From: Cycas panzhihuaensis
Taxonomy: Eukaryota > Plantae > Cycadophyta
Assembly: GCA_023213395.1 (NCBI GenBank)
Contig: CM041465.1
Span: 154,635,741-154,699,740 of the forward strand
Reading direction: 5' to 3'
DNA length: 64,000 bases
Below, in pieces: positions 63,850 to 64,000 of this stretch (within the stretch, counting starts at the first letter, position 1; each line of letters opens with the position of its first letter). The notes beneath the pieces are model-generated. The model searched no databases. It had not been told where the DNA came from and worked only from the letters and a program-made list of their open reading frames with translations. The position numbers were made by a program, and so were the translations under genes.

Positions 63850-64000
63850 ATGAAATTGCCACGTGGAAAATACGTATTGTTGTCCCAAGCTAAACCCTAA
63901 TTACTCGATTGATCTAGGGTTGGGTTTAAAACCCCAAAAAATCCCTCATTTCTTCCTCTTCCATTCTAAAAAAAAAAACTCTCTCTCACTCACTCTTCAC
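63850..64000 (+). promoter_or_regulatory. Promoter-like end of window (G-box, telo-box, CT-rich leader)
   Basis: gccacgtgg (63858-63866), aaaccctaa (63892-63900), ctctctcactcactc at the end, and a local return of CpG dinucleotides. Confidence 0.4.

Overview
AT-rich plant nuclear DNA, probably from a large-genome gymnosperm-type species (inferred from the style of the PME pro-region and the sea of old, heavily C>T/G>A-decayed retroelements). There is one clearly intact host gene: a two-exon type I (PMEI pro-domain + catalytic domain) pectin methylesterase at 18329..20420 (+, ~599 aa) inside a CpG-retaining island (~17.3-20.65 kb). Nearly everything else is nested, degenerate transposable-element DNA that can be partly reconstructed from LTR pairs, PBS/PPT and target-site duplications (TSDs). 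(1) A chromovirus Ty3/Gypsy at 95..9638 carrying a solo LTR and an internally deleted Copia. (2) Further Gypsy and LINE fragments at 9.6-17.2 kb. (3) An old ~2.7-kb tandem duplication, the first copy split by a full-length Copia (21933..29260). (4) An Ogre/Tat-type Gypsy (~34.1-57.8 kb) with a recent 926-bp triplication of gag and two full-length Copia insertions, one of which has a solo LTR in its PBS. (5) Fragments, microsatellites and a promoter-like end. I see no clearly new multi-gene system. The best leads are a QQGGPSY-type heptad repeat in a Copia Gag, a GC hairpin cassette shared by two different LTRs, a possible extra ORF upstream of a Copia gag, an unidentified decayed gene in the tandem duplication, and a divergent substrate-cleft segment plus an overlapping uORF in the PME. 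All alignments and translations were done by eye, so identities are qualitative and approximate boundaries are flagged.
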